This document shows, one piece after another, positions 42,238 to 50,360 of a DNA stretch of 64,000 nt. The stretch spans positions 640,001 to 704,000 of the forward strand of contig CAVQYR010000001.1 of the NCBI GenBank assembly GCA_963718235.1, given 5' to 3'. The stretch's first letter is position 1; every line of letters begins with the position of its first letter. Position numbers and translations under genes: made by a program. This stretch comes from an uncultured Actinomycetota bacterium. Its GTDB lineage: Bacteria > Actinomycetota > Actinomycetes > JAHEKZ01. The notes beneath the pieces were generated by a model. It was not told the DNA's origin and searched no databases. It saw only the letters and a list, made by a program, of their open reading frames with translations.

Positions 42238-42686
42238 CCGGCGTTCCGCGTCGGGCGACCCCGGACGATGCCGCTGACGTGGCATGGGTGCTCATCGAGT
42301 CACGGCGGGCCAGCGCCGACGTGATCCCGCCGTCCGCCCACCCCGACTCCGAGGTCCGGGCCTGGGTGCGGGACCACCTGCTGCCCGAGGCAGAGGTGTG
42401 GCTCGTCGCCGACCCACTGCCCTGCGCCGTGCTGGCCCTGGGCGACGGGTGGATCGACCAGCTGTACGTGTCGCCGGGACGGACTGGACAGGGGTGGGGG
42501 TCGCTCCTCGTCGACCTCGCCAAGAGCCGGCACCCCGACGGACTGCAGCTGTGGACCTTCGAGAGCAACGTGGGCGCGCAGCGCTTCTACGAGGGCCACG
42601 GCTTCGCCGTCGCGGAACGGACCGACGGGTCAGGCAACGAGGAGCAGGCGCCTGACCTGCGCTACGTCTGGAGTCCCCGCTCCTAG
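42234..42686 (+). CDS. GNAT family acetyltransferase
   Basis: LYVSPGRTGQGWGS acetyl-CoA motif, NVGAQRFYEGHGF. Confidence 0.88.
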   Translation: MTGVPRRATPDDAADVAWVLIESRRASADVIPPSAHPDSEVRAWVRDHLLPEAEVWLVADPLPCAVLALGDGWIDQLYVSPGRTGQGWGSLLVDLAKSRHPDGLQLWTFESNVGAQRFYEGHGFAVAERTDGSGNEEQAPDLRYVWSPRS

Positions 42687-43729
42687 CCACTCGGCGGTGT
42701 GTCCAGCCACCGGTCGATGTCGCCGAGGATGCGCGACGCGACGTCGGCCGGGGCGAACGACCCGCGCACCGACATGCGGGCCAGCTCGGCGAGCTCGGCG
42801 TCACTGAACGCGTGGACGCTGCGCGCGATCTCGTACTGCGTGGCCAGCCGGGACCCGAACAGCAACGGGTCGTCGGCTCCCAGGGCGATGGGGACGCCAG
42901 CGTCGAACAGGGCGCGCACGGGCACGTCGTCGAGCGTCCGGTAGACCCCGAGTCCCACGTTGGAGGCCGGGCAGACCTCCAGGGTCACGCCCTGGTCGGC
43001 CAGGCGTCGGACCAGGGCCGGGTCCTCCACGCTGCGCACCCCGTGGCCGATTCGCGACGGCTGGAGCGTGTCCAGGGCGGACCGCACGCTGTCGGCGCCG
43101 AGCAGCTCACCGCCATGCGGGGTGCCGGGCAGGCCCGCGTCGCGGGCGATCCGGAACGCGCGGGCGAAGTCGCTCGCGTCGCCGCGCCGCTCGTCATTGG
43201 CCAGACCGAACCCGACCACCCCGCGTGCGACCTGGGTGGCCGCCAGCCGGGCCAGCGTGCGGGCGTCGAGTGGGTGCCTGGTCCGGTTGGCCCCGACGAT
43301 CACCCCGATCGGGACCCCCACCGAGCGGGAAGCACCGGTGGCGGCCTCCAGGATCAGCTCGAGGGTCGTGGTGAGCCCGTCGAAGCGGTGGGCGTAGCCG
43401 GACGGGTCGACCTGGATCTCCAGCCAACGGGAGCCGTCGGCCACCTCGTCCTGCGCGACCTCGTGCAGCAGCCGGTGCAGGTCCTCCGGGCGCTGCAGGA
43501 CCGAGCGGGCGGTGTCGTACAGCCGCTGGAAGCGGAACCAGCCCCGCTCGTCGGCCGCGGACAGGTGCGGGGGGTAGTGCTCCAACAGGGCGTCGGGCAG
43601 TCGGACGCCGTGCGCGTCGGCCAGCTCGATCATGGTCGTGTGCCGCATCGCGCCGGTGAAGTGCAGGTGCAGGTGGGCCTTGGGCAGGGCGCGCAGGTCG
43701 CGTCCTGACGTCGCCTCGCCGCTGCCCAT
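42683..43729 (-). CDS. add: Adenosine/adenine deaminase
   Basis: PKAHLHLH, HGGE, RIGHG, CPASN, ADDP. Confidence 0.9.
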   Translation of the reverse strand: MGSGEATSGRDLRALPKAHLHLHFTGAMRHTTMIELADAHGVRLPDALLEHYPPHLSAADERGWFRFQRLYDTARSVLQRPEDLHRLLHEVAQDEVADGSRWLEIQVDPSGYAHRFDGLTTTLELILEAATGASRSVGVPIGVIVGANRTRHPLDARTLARLAATQVARGVVGFGLANDERRGDASDFARAFRIARDAGLPGTPHGGELLGADSVRSALDTLQPSRIGHGVRSVEDPALVRRLADQGVTLEVCPASNVGLGVYRTLDDVPVRALFDAGVPIALGADDPLLFGSRLATQYEIARSVHAFSDAELAELARMSVRGSFAPADVASRILGDIDRWLDTPPSG

Positions 43730-43779
43730 GACGCCAGCGTGGCAGGTCGGGACCTTTGGCCGTCGCCGAGGGGGACTAC

Positions 43780-43795
43780 GTACCCTGGGGGGTAC
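43780..43795. promoter_or_regulatory. Putative CsoR/RcnR/CstR-family operator
   Basis: Palindrome GTACCC-TGGG-GGGTAC with a G-tract, in the -35 region of a TAGCCT -10 box (43809-43814). Confidence 0.55.
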
Positions 43796-43805
43796 CCGTC
43801 GACCG

Positions 43806-43868
43806 GCATAGCCTGCAAGACATGCAGAGCATGCAGGACCGGCAGGAGCAGCAGGAGCAGCAGGTGAG
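43806..43868 (+). repeat. Degenerate 9-bp tandem repeat (7 units)
   Basis: GCA at 43806, 43815, 43824, 43833, 43842, 43851 and 43860. Confidence 0.7.
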
Positions 43869-44463
43869 CCTGCTCACCGCCGAGCACGTGAGCCGGCTGC
43901 TGCACATCGACGCCTCGACGGTCTACCGGATGGCCGGCGACGGCCGGCTCCCGGCGGTCAAGGTCGGTCGTCAGTGGCGGTTCCCGGCGGACCGGATCGC
44001 CCGGCTGCTGGACCTGGGCCCGGGAGCACCGGACCTGGACTCCCGCCAGGCGCAGCCGGTGATCGACGTCGCCGCGGAGCTGCTCGGCGTGATGATGGTC
44101 GTCACGGACATGCAGGGCCGCCCGATCACCCAGGTCGCCAACCCCTGCCCGTGGTTCGCCGACCGAGGCTCCGACCCCGACGTGGTCCAACGCTGCGCGG
44201 AGGAGTGGCACGCGCTGGCCGACGACCTCGACTTCGACCCGCGCTTTCGGCCCGGCTCCCTCGGGTTCGAGTGCGCCCGCGCGTTCGTCCGCGAGGGAAG
44301 CCAGCTGGTCGGCATGGTCCTGGCCGGTGGGGTGGCGCCCGAGGAGTCCACCCGCGACGACCTGTACTCCCTGGACCCCACCCAACGACAGCACGTGCTG
44401 GTCACCTTGCCCAAGGTCGCAGCCACGCTCTCCCGCGTCGCACACGCTGCCCCAACCGCATGA
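43822..44463 (+). CDS. Excisionase-like HTH (HTH_17/BldC type) fused to a PocR-like sensor domain
   Basis: LLTAEHVSRLLHIDASTVYRMAGDGRLPAVKVGRQWRF followed by a PocR-like region (VVTDMQGRPIT..NPC..RC..FECARAFV..GMVLAGG). Start is either ATG 43822 (leaderless) or GTG 43864 (AGGAG RBS). Confidence 0.75.
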   Translation: MQSMQDRQEQQEQQVSLLTAEHVSRLLHIDASTVYRMAGDGRLPAVKVGRQWRFPADRIARLLDLGPGAPDLDSRQAQPVIDVAAELLGVMMVVTDMQGRPITQVANPCPWFADRGSDPDVVQRCAEEWHALADDLDFDPRFRPGSLGFECARAFVREGSQLVGMVLAGGVAPEESTRDDLYSLDPTQRQHVLVTLPKVAATLSRVAHAAPTA

Positions 44464-44480
44464 CAGCCCAAGGAGAAACG

Positions 44481-45737
44481 ATGAAGCGCCTGCTCATCCT
44501 CGGCGGCGGAACCGCCGGCACGATGGTGGCCAACAAGCTGCGGCACCGACTGGGCGCCGACGAGTGGAGCATCACCGTCGTCGACCAGGACGACGTCCAC
44601 CTCTACCAGCCCGGCTACCTGTTCATCCCGTTCGGGATCTACCAGCCCGACGAGGTGGTGAAGCCACGCCACCAGTTCATCCCCGACGGGGTCGACCTGG
44701 TCCTCGCCGAGATCGACCGGGTGCTGCCCGACGAGAACAAGGTGCTGCTGGTCGGCGGCCGTGAGCTCGGCTACGACCAGCTCGTCATCGCCTCGGGCAC
44801 CACGCCACGACCGGACCAGACCCCCGGCATGGACGGCGAGCTGTTCCGCGACAGCGTCCACGAGTTCTACACCTATGACGGAGCGACGGCCCTGGGCGAG
44901 AAGCTGAAGACCTGGGAGGGCGGCCGGCTCGTCGTGCACATCGTGGACATGCCGATCAAGTGCCCGGTCGCGCCGTTGGAGTTCACCTTCCTGGCCGACG
45001 CCTTCTTCCGTGAGAACGGCGTGCGGGACCAGGTGGAGATCACCTATGTGACCCCGCTTCCCGGGGCGTTCACCAAGCCCGTGGCGTCGAGGTACCTCGG
45101 GGGCATGCTCGACGAGCGCAAGATCGCCCTGGAGTCGGACTTCATGGTCGAGCGCGTCGACGAGGAGACCAAGATGCTCGTCAGCTACGACGAGCGTGAG
45201 GTCCCGTTCGACCTGCTCGTCACGATCCCGCTGAACATGGGGGCGGACTTCGTCGCCCGCTCCGGGATGGGCGACGAGCTCAACTACGTCCCCGTCGACA
45301 AGGGAACGCTGCTCTCGACCGCCCACGACAACGTGTGGGCCGTCGGTGACGCGTCCAACATCCCAGCGTCCAAGGCTGGGTCGGTGGCGCACTTCTCGGT
45401 CGAGATCTTCACCGAGAACTTCCTGCACCACGTGCAGGGCCATGCGATGACCGAGAAGTTCGACGGACATGCCAACTGCTTCGTCGAGTCCGGTGCCGGG
45501 AAGGCGATGCTCATCGACTTCAACTACGACACCGAGCCGCTGCCCGGCAAGTACCCCCTGCCCGGAGTCGGACCGTTCAGCCTGCTGAAGGAGACCGAGG
45601 TCAACCACTGGGGCAAGCTGATGTTCCGCTGGATCTACTGGAACGCGCTGCTCCCTGGCCGTGAGCTCCCCCTGCCCGCCCTGATGTCGATGGTCGGCAA
45701 AGAGACGACGAAGGAATCCGTGGAGGTGGCGTCATGA
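44481..45737 (+). CDS. sqr: Sulfide:quinone oxidoreductase family flavoprotein (type III-like)
   Basis: GGGTAG FAD motif, HLYQPG, KCPVAPLE and FDGHANCF catalytic Cys motifs, VGDA..SKAG; AAGGAG RBS. Confidence 0.85.
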   Translation: MKRLLILGGGTAGTMVANKLRHRLGADEWSITVVDQDDVHLYQPGYLFIPFGIYQPDEVVKPRHQFIPDGVDLVLAEIDRVLPDENKVLLVGGRELGYDQLVIASGTTPRPDQTPGMDGELFRDSVHEFYTYDGATALGEKLKTWEGGRLVVHIVDMPIKCPVAPLEFTFLADAFFRENGVRDQVEITYVTPLPGAFTKPVASRYLGGMLDERKIALESDFMVERVDEETKMLVSYDEREVPFDLLVTIPLNMGADFVARSGMGDELNYVPVDKGTLLSTAHDNVWAVGDASNIPASKAGSVAHFSVEIFTENFLHHVQGHAMTEKFDGHANCFVESGAGKAMLIDFNYDTEPLPGKYPLPGVGPFSLLKETEVNHWGKLMFRWIYWNALLPGRELPLPALMSMVGKETTKESVEVAS

Positions 45738-46276
45738 CCGAGACCCTCGAGCGTCCGAGCGTCAGCACCGACGAGCGGCTGGAGCAGATCAGCGCGCAGG
45801 TGGCCGAGCTGACCGGCGCCCTCCACAGGCAGCAGGCCGAGCGCGAGCAGCTCACCGAGCTGCTGGGCGAGGTCAACCTGCTGGCCCGGCCGGTCATGGA
45901 CGTCGCGATGACCCGGTTCGGCGAGTTCGACGAGAAGGGGTACTTCGCCTTCGCCAAGGAGTCCGCCGGCATCGTCGACCACGTGGTCACCTCGTTCTCC
46001 CCGGAGGACGTACGAGCCCTCGGGGACAACGTCGTCACGATCCTGCAGACCGTGCGTGAGATGACCCAGCCCGAGGTGATGAACCTGGTCCGCCGCACGG
46101 CCGAGACGGCGCAGGGGACCGACGAGGAGATCACCACGCCACCGTCGACCTTCGCCCTCCTTCGCCAGATGCGTGACCCCGAGGTGCGCCGCGGACTGGC
46201 TCGCGTCATGTCCATGCTGCAGACCGTGGGCGCCGACGTCCCCTCCTCGCACCCCACGACCACAGACCCTCACTGA
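45734..46276 (+). CDS. DUF1641-like helical protein
   Basis: C-terminal PSTFALLRQMRDPEVRRGL motif; ATGA coupling to sqr. Confidence 0.75.
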   Translation: MTETLERPSVSTDERLEQISAQVAELTGALHRQQAEREQLTELLGEVNLLARPVMDVAMTRFGEFDEKGYFAFAKESAGIVDHVVTSFSPEDVRALGDNVVTILQTVREMTQPEVMNLVRRTAETAQGTDEEITTPPSTFALLRQMRDPEVRRGLARVMSMLQTVGADVPSSHPTTTDPH

Positions 46277-46297
46277 CCTGACCCGAAAGGAAAGACC

Positions 46298-46612
46298 ATG
46301 CCTGTCACCAGCCTCAACGGCCGCGACGTCCACGTGGACGACGAGGGCTTCCTCACCGAGTACGACGAGTGGGACGACGACCTCGGCAAGGTGCTCGCCT
46401 CCAACATCGGCATCGACCTCACCGACGAGCACTGGAAGGTCATCCACTTCCTGCGCGACGACTACAAGACCCAGGGCGAGACGGCGACCATTCGCCGCGT
46501 CTCGACCGTCGGTGGCGTGCCCACCAAGCAGCTCTTCACGCTGTTCCCCAAGAAGCCGGCCAAGAAGATGGCCTATGTCGCCGGTCTGCCCAAGCCGCAC
46601 GGCTGCGTGTGA
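46298..46612 (+). CDS. tusE: TusE/DsrC/DsvC family sulfur-relay protein
   Basis: VDDEGFL, LTDEHW, LFP, AGLPKPHGCV C-terminus. Confidence 0.88.
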   Translation: MPVTSLNGRDVHVDDEGFLTEYDEWDDDLGKVLASNIGIDLTDEHWKVIHFLRDDYKTQGETATIRRVSTVGGVPTKQLFTLFPKKPAKKMAYVAGLPKPHGCV

Positions 46613-46635
46613 GCACCCGAGAGGAAGCGATCACC

Positions 46636-47175
46636 ATGACCAGCACCACCGAGACCGCACCGGCCGTCGTCCCCAACTTCGACGACGAGGACTCCGGCGG
46701 CCGCAAGCTCGCGATCATCTGCTCCAAGGGCAACCTCGACATGGCGTACCCAGGTCTGATCCTGGCCAATGCCGCGCTCGGTGAGGGGGTCGAGACTCAC
46801 CTGTTCTTCACCTTCTGGGGCTTCGACATGATCACCAAGTCGCACATGCACGACCTGAAGTTCAGTCCGGTCGGCAACACCGCGATGCACATGCCGGTGG
46901 GCGACGTCCGCGTGCCGCAGGCCCTGGCCCCGCTGCCGGGCATGCAGCCGATGGCCACCAAGATGATCAAGAAGTCGATCGCGGACCTCGGCGTCCCCGA
47001 GGTGCCGGAGTTCCTCGACCTGATCGTGGCGTCCGGCGGGCACCTGTGGGCCTGCCGCATGTCCGCGGACATGAACAAGGTGACCGAGGACGACCTCTAC
47101 GAGGGGGTCGAGGCGATCATCAACGCCTCCGACTTCATCGAGCTCACCGACGGTGCCCAGCTGCTGTTCATCTGA
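46636..47175 (+). CDS. DsrE/DsrF/DrsH-like (DsrE2/YrkE-type) sulfurtransferase
   Basis: KLAIICSKGNLDMAYP, LFFTFWG, ACRMSADM, LLFI C-terminus. Confidence 0.85.
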   Translation: MTSTTETAPAVVPNFDDEDSGGRKLAIICSKGNLDMAYPGLILANAALGEGVETHLFFTFWGFDMITKSHMHDLKFSPVGNTAMHMPVGDVRVPQALAPLPGMQPMATKMIKKSIADLGVPEVPEFLDLIVASGGHLWACRMSADMNKVTEDDLYEGVEAIINASDFIELTDGAQLLFI

Positions 47176-47205
47176 CGCCCGGCCTTCGGGTCCCCGCGGG
47201 TCGGG

Positions 47206-48413
47206 TCAGTCGACGGCCTCGCCGAGCAGGGTCGCCATCCGCGACACTCCCTCGACGAGGTCGTCGTCGCCGAGCGCGTAGGACATGCGCAGGTACCCCG
47301 GCGTGCCGAAGGCCTCGCCGGGTACGACGGCGACCTCGGCCTCCTCGAGCAGCAGGTCGGCCAGCTCCAGTGAGGAGGTCGGACGGCGACCGCGGATCTG
47401 CCGGCCCAGCACGCCCTTGACCGATGGGTACGCGTAGAACGCCCCTTGGGGCTCCGGTGCCACGACGCCGGGGATCTCGTTGAGCAGCTTGACGATGGTC
47501 AGGCGTCGACGGTCGAAGGCCGCACGCATCATCACGACGTCGTCCAGGGTCCCGGTGACCGCTGCCAGAGCTGCTGCCTGCGCCACGTTGCTCACGTTGG
47601 ACGTGGAGTGCGACTGCAGGTTCACCGCGCCCTTGACGACGTCCCTGGGCCCGATCATCCAGCCCACCCGCCAACCGGTCATGGCGTAGGTCTTGGCCAC
47701 CCCGTTGACCACGATGCACCGGTCGGCGAGCTCGGGGACCAGCGTCGGCATGGAGGAGAACCGGGCGTCTCCGTAGACCAGGTGCTCGTAGATCTCGTCG
47801 GTGAGCACCCACAGGCCGTGCTGGAACGCCCACTGACCGATCGCCGCCACCTGCTCGGGCGGGTAGACCGCCCCGGTGGGGTTGGACGGGGAGACGAACA
47901 GGACCAGCTTCGTGCGGGGGGTGCGGGCCGCCTCGAGCTGCTCGACGGTGGCCAGGTAGCCGGTCGTCTCGTCGGTGTCGACGTACACCGGGACCCCACC
48001 GAACAGCTGGACCGCCTCGGGGTAGGTGACCCAGTAGGGGGCCTGGATGATGACCTCGTCACCGGGGTCGATCACTGCGGCCATCGCGTTGAAGATGGCC
48101 TGCTTGCCCCCGTTGGTGACCAGAACCTGGTCGGCGGACACCTCTAGCCGGAGTCCCGTCGGGTCTTGGCCGCGATGCCCTCGCGCAGCGCTGCGATGCC
48201 GGCGGCGGGGGAGTAGCGGTGGGTCCAGGGCTCGTGGACCGCCTTGGCGGCGGCCTCGACGATCAGGGCCGGGGTCGGGAAGTCCGGCTCGCCGGCCCCG
48301 AACCCGATGACCGGGCGGCCCGCCGCCTTGAGGGCCTTGGCCTTGGCGTCGACGGCCAGGGTGGCCGACTCGGCGATTCCGGCGACGCGGGTCGAAAGCC
48401 GTGAGGAGGTCAT
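47206..48413 (-). pseudogene. aspC: Aspartate aminotransferase (class I/II PLP), frameshifted at about 48145
   Basis: The N-terminal frame GAGEPDF..KTRRDSG ends in TAG; the protein continues [39 protein letters not shown] in another frame. Span is 1208 nt (3n-1). Confidence 0.85.
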
Positions 48414-48612
48414 GAGGGACATCCTTCCACCCGAGTCCCGCCGGCCGCGCCCTCGGCGGGCGGTCCCCGTGGTTCGACTCGCGGTTCGACTCGGCGCTGG
48501 CCCACCGCGTACACTCCCCTCTCGGTGGCGTTCGCACCATGGTTCCGGCATGCCCTCGACCCGTCGCGGTCGGTGGCCAGCAGATGGCGAAGCCGGGACC
48601 GACCGTCACTGG

Positions 48613-48685
48613 AGGGCAGTAGCTCAATTGGCAGAGTCCCGGTCTCCAAAACCGGTGGTTGGGGGTTCGAGTCCCTCCTGCCCTG
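48613..48685 (+). tRNA. tRNA-Trp(CCA)
   Basis: AGGGCAG/CTGCCCT acceptor stem, CT-CCA-AA loop, upstream of secE. Confidence 0.95.
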
Positions 48686-48757
48686 CGGTGTGGCGCACAC
48701 TGAGCAGTAGGTCGAACGGCACGGCGAACGGCACGGTCAACGAGAGCGGGTGAGGCA

Positions 48758-49015
48758 GTGAGCGAGCAGCGGGGCAGCACGTCGACGCCGGAGCGCGGGC
48801 ACCCGTCTGACGCGTCCAGCCCGGGTTTCTTCGGTCGGATGGCGCGCTTCTTCCGTCAGGTCGCGGCGGAGATGCGCAAGGTCGTCTGGCCCACCCGTAG
48901 CCAGCTGATCACCTACACCGCCGTCGTGATCGTCTTCGTCTCGCTGTTCGCCCTGTTGGTGCTGGGGTTCGACCTCGGCATGGCCAAGCTCGTCAGCGCA
49001 GTGTTCGGCGGATAG
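48758..49015 (+). CDS. secE: Preprotein translocase SecE
   Basis: [10 protein letters not shown] plus a TM helix. Confidence 0.95.
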   Translation: MSEQRGSTSTPERGHPSDASSPGFFGRMARFFRQVAAEMRKVVWPTRSQLITYTAVVIVFVSLFALLVLGFDLGMAKLVSAVFGG

Positions 49016-49092
49016 CCGCTTCGCCGTCTCCACCCGTTCCAGACCCGTTCCAGCCCGTTTCGTCCAGCAGCCATCGTCAGGAGAGACCCACC

Positions 49093-49785
49093 GTGTCGGA
49101 GTCCGAAGTCGACCAGACGGTCGACCCGCTCGACGTACCCGTCGACGCCCCTGTCGACGTGATCGTCGACGACGTCCCGGTCGAGGCGACCGAGGTCGAG
49201 CCGGACCCCCGTGAGGAGTTCCGGGACCACCTGAGCGTCCTGCCGGGCGACTGGTACGTCGTGCACTCCTACGCGGGCTACGAGAACCGGGTGAAGCAGA
49301 ACCTGGAGAACCGGCGTTCCTCGCTGAACATGGAGGACTTCGTCCACGACGTCCAGGTCCCCCAGGAGGACGTCGTCGAGATCAAGAACGGCCAGCGCAA
49401 GCAGATCAAGCGCAACAAGTTCCCCGGCTACGTGCTCGTGCGGATGGACCTCACCGACGAGTCGTGGTCGGTCGTGCGGCACACCCCCGGGGTCACCGGG
49501 TTCGTCGGCCACGCCCACCAGCCCACTCCGCTGACGATGGACGAGGTCCTGACGATCCTGTTCATCGAGCCCGAGCAGAGCAAGGCCGCCGCCGCAGCCG
49601 GGGAGATCAAGCTGGTCGACTTCGAGGTGGGCGAGTCGGTGACCGTCATCGACGGCGCCTTCGCGACGCTGCCCGCCACCATCAACGAGATCAACGCCGA
49701 CGCCCAGAAGCTGAAGGTGCTCGTCTCGATCTTCGGCCGCGAGACCCCGGTCGAGCTGTCGTTCGACCAGGTCCAGAAGCTCTAG
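49093..49785 (+). CDS. nusG: Transcription factor NusG
   Basis: [28 protein letters not shown]. Confidence 0.97.
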   Translation: MSESEVDQTVDPLDVPVDAPVDVIVDDVPVEATEVEPDPREEFRDHLSVLPGDWYVVHSYAGYENRVKQNLENRRSSLNMEDFVHDVQVPQEDVVEIKNGQRKQIKRNKFPGYVLVRMDLTDESWSVVRHTPGVTGFVGHAHQPTPLTMDEVLTILFIEPEQSKAAAAAGEIKLVDFEVGESVTVIDGAFATLPATINEINADAQKLKVLVSIFGRETPVELSFDQVQKL

Positions 49786-49821
49786 GCCTCGCCCACCCCA
49801 ACCCAAAGGACCCGAACCACC

Positions 49822-50256
49822 ATGCCTCCGAAGCAGAAGAAGGTCGCTGGCCTGATCAAGCTCCAGATCCAGGCCGGCCAGGCGAACCCCGCCCCGCCCG
49901 TCGGGCCGGCGCTGGGCCAGCACGGCGTGAACATCATGGAGTTCTGCAAGGCGTACAACGCGGCCACCGAGAACCAGCGCGGCAACGTCATCCCGGTCGA
50001 GATCACCGTGTACGAGGACCGCTCGTTCTCCTTCGTCACGAAGACCCCGCCGGCGGCGCGGCTGATCCTCAAGGCGGCCGGGCTCGACAAGGGCTCCGGC
50101 GTCCCGCACAAGGACAAGGTGGGCAGCCTGACTCGCGAGCAGGTCCGCGGCATCGCCGAGCAGAAGATGGAGGACCTCAACGCCAACGACCTCGACGCGG
50201 CCGAGAAGATCATCGCCGGTACCGCACGGTCGATGGGTGTCACCGTCAGCGACTGA
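49822..50256 (+). CDS. rplK: 50S ribosomal protein L11
   Basis: [19 protein letters not shown]. Confidence 0.98.
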   Translation: MPPKQKKVAGLIKLQIQAGQANPAPPVGPALGQHGVNIMEFCKAYNAATENQRGNVIPVEITVYEDRSFSFVTKTPPAARLILKAAGLDKGSGVPHKDKVGSLTREQVRGIAEQKMEDLNANDLDAAEKIIAGTARSMGVTVSD

Positions 50257-50300
50257 GGAGCACCACCAGCACCACCCGCGACCACAGCACCACAGCACAC

Positions 50301-50334
50301 CGTGGGAGGGCCGAGCGCGGCCCGCCGTACCACG
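50301..50334 (+). promoter_or_regulatory. Putative L1-binding mRNA element upstream of rplA
   Basis: CGTGG-GAG-GGCC..GGCC-CGCCGTA-CCACG: two helices around an asymmetric internal loop, just before the rplA RBS. Confidence 0.55.
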
Positions 50335-50360
50335 ACTCCACCGCACACGAAGGAGCGGAC

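Noticed and set aside
43864-44000. Excisionase-like HTH as evidence of a prophage or ICE
   Set aside because: No integrase, att repeats or phage genes nearby; the domain is fused to a sensor and GC content matches the flanks.
46298-47175. dsrC/dsrE as evidence of dissimilatory sulfate reduction
   Set aside because: No dsrAB in the window, and the DsrC-like protein lacks the second C-terminal Cys.
38431-48685. tRNA genes lacking an encoded 3'-CCA
   Set aside because: Common in Actinobacteria, where CCA is added post-transcriptionally.
47206-48780. 524-aa ORF running through tRNA-Trp
   Set aside because: Its N-terminal part is an artefact of the aspC frameshift and overlaps tRNA-Trp and secE.
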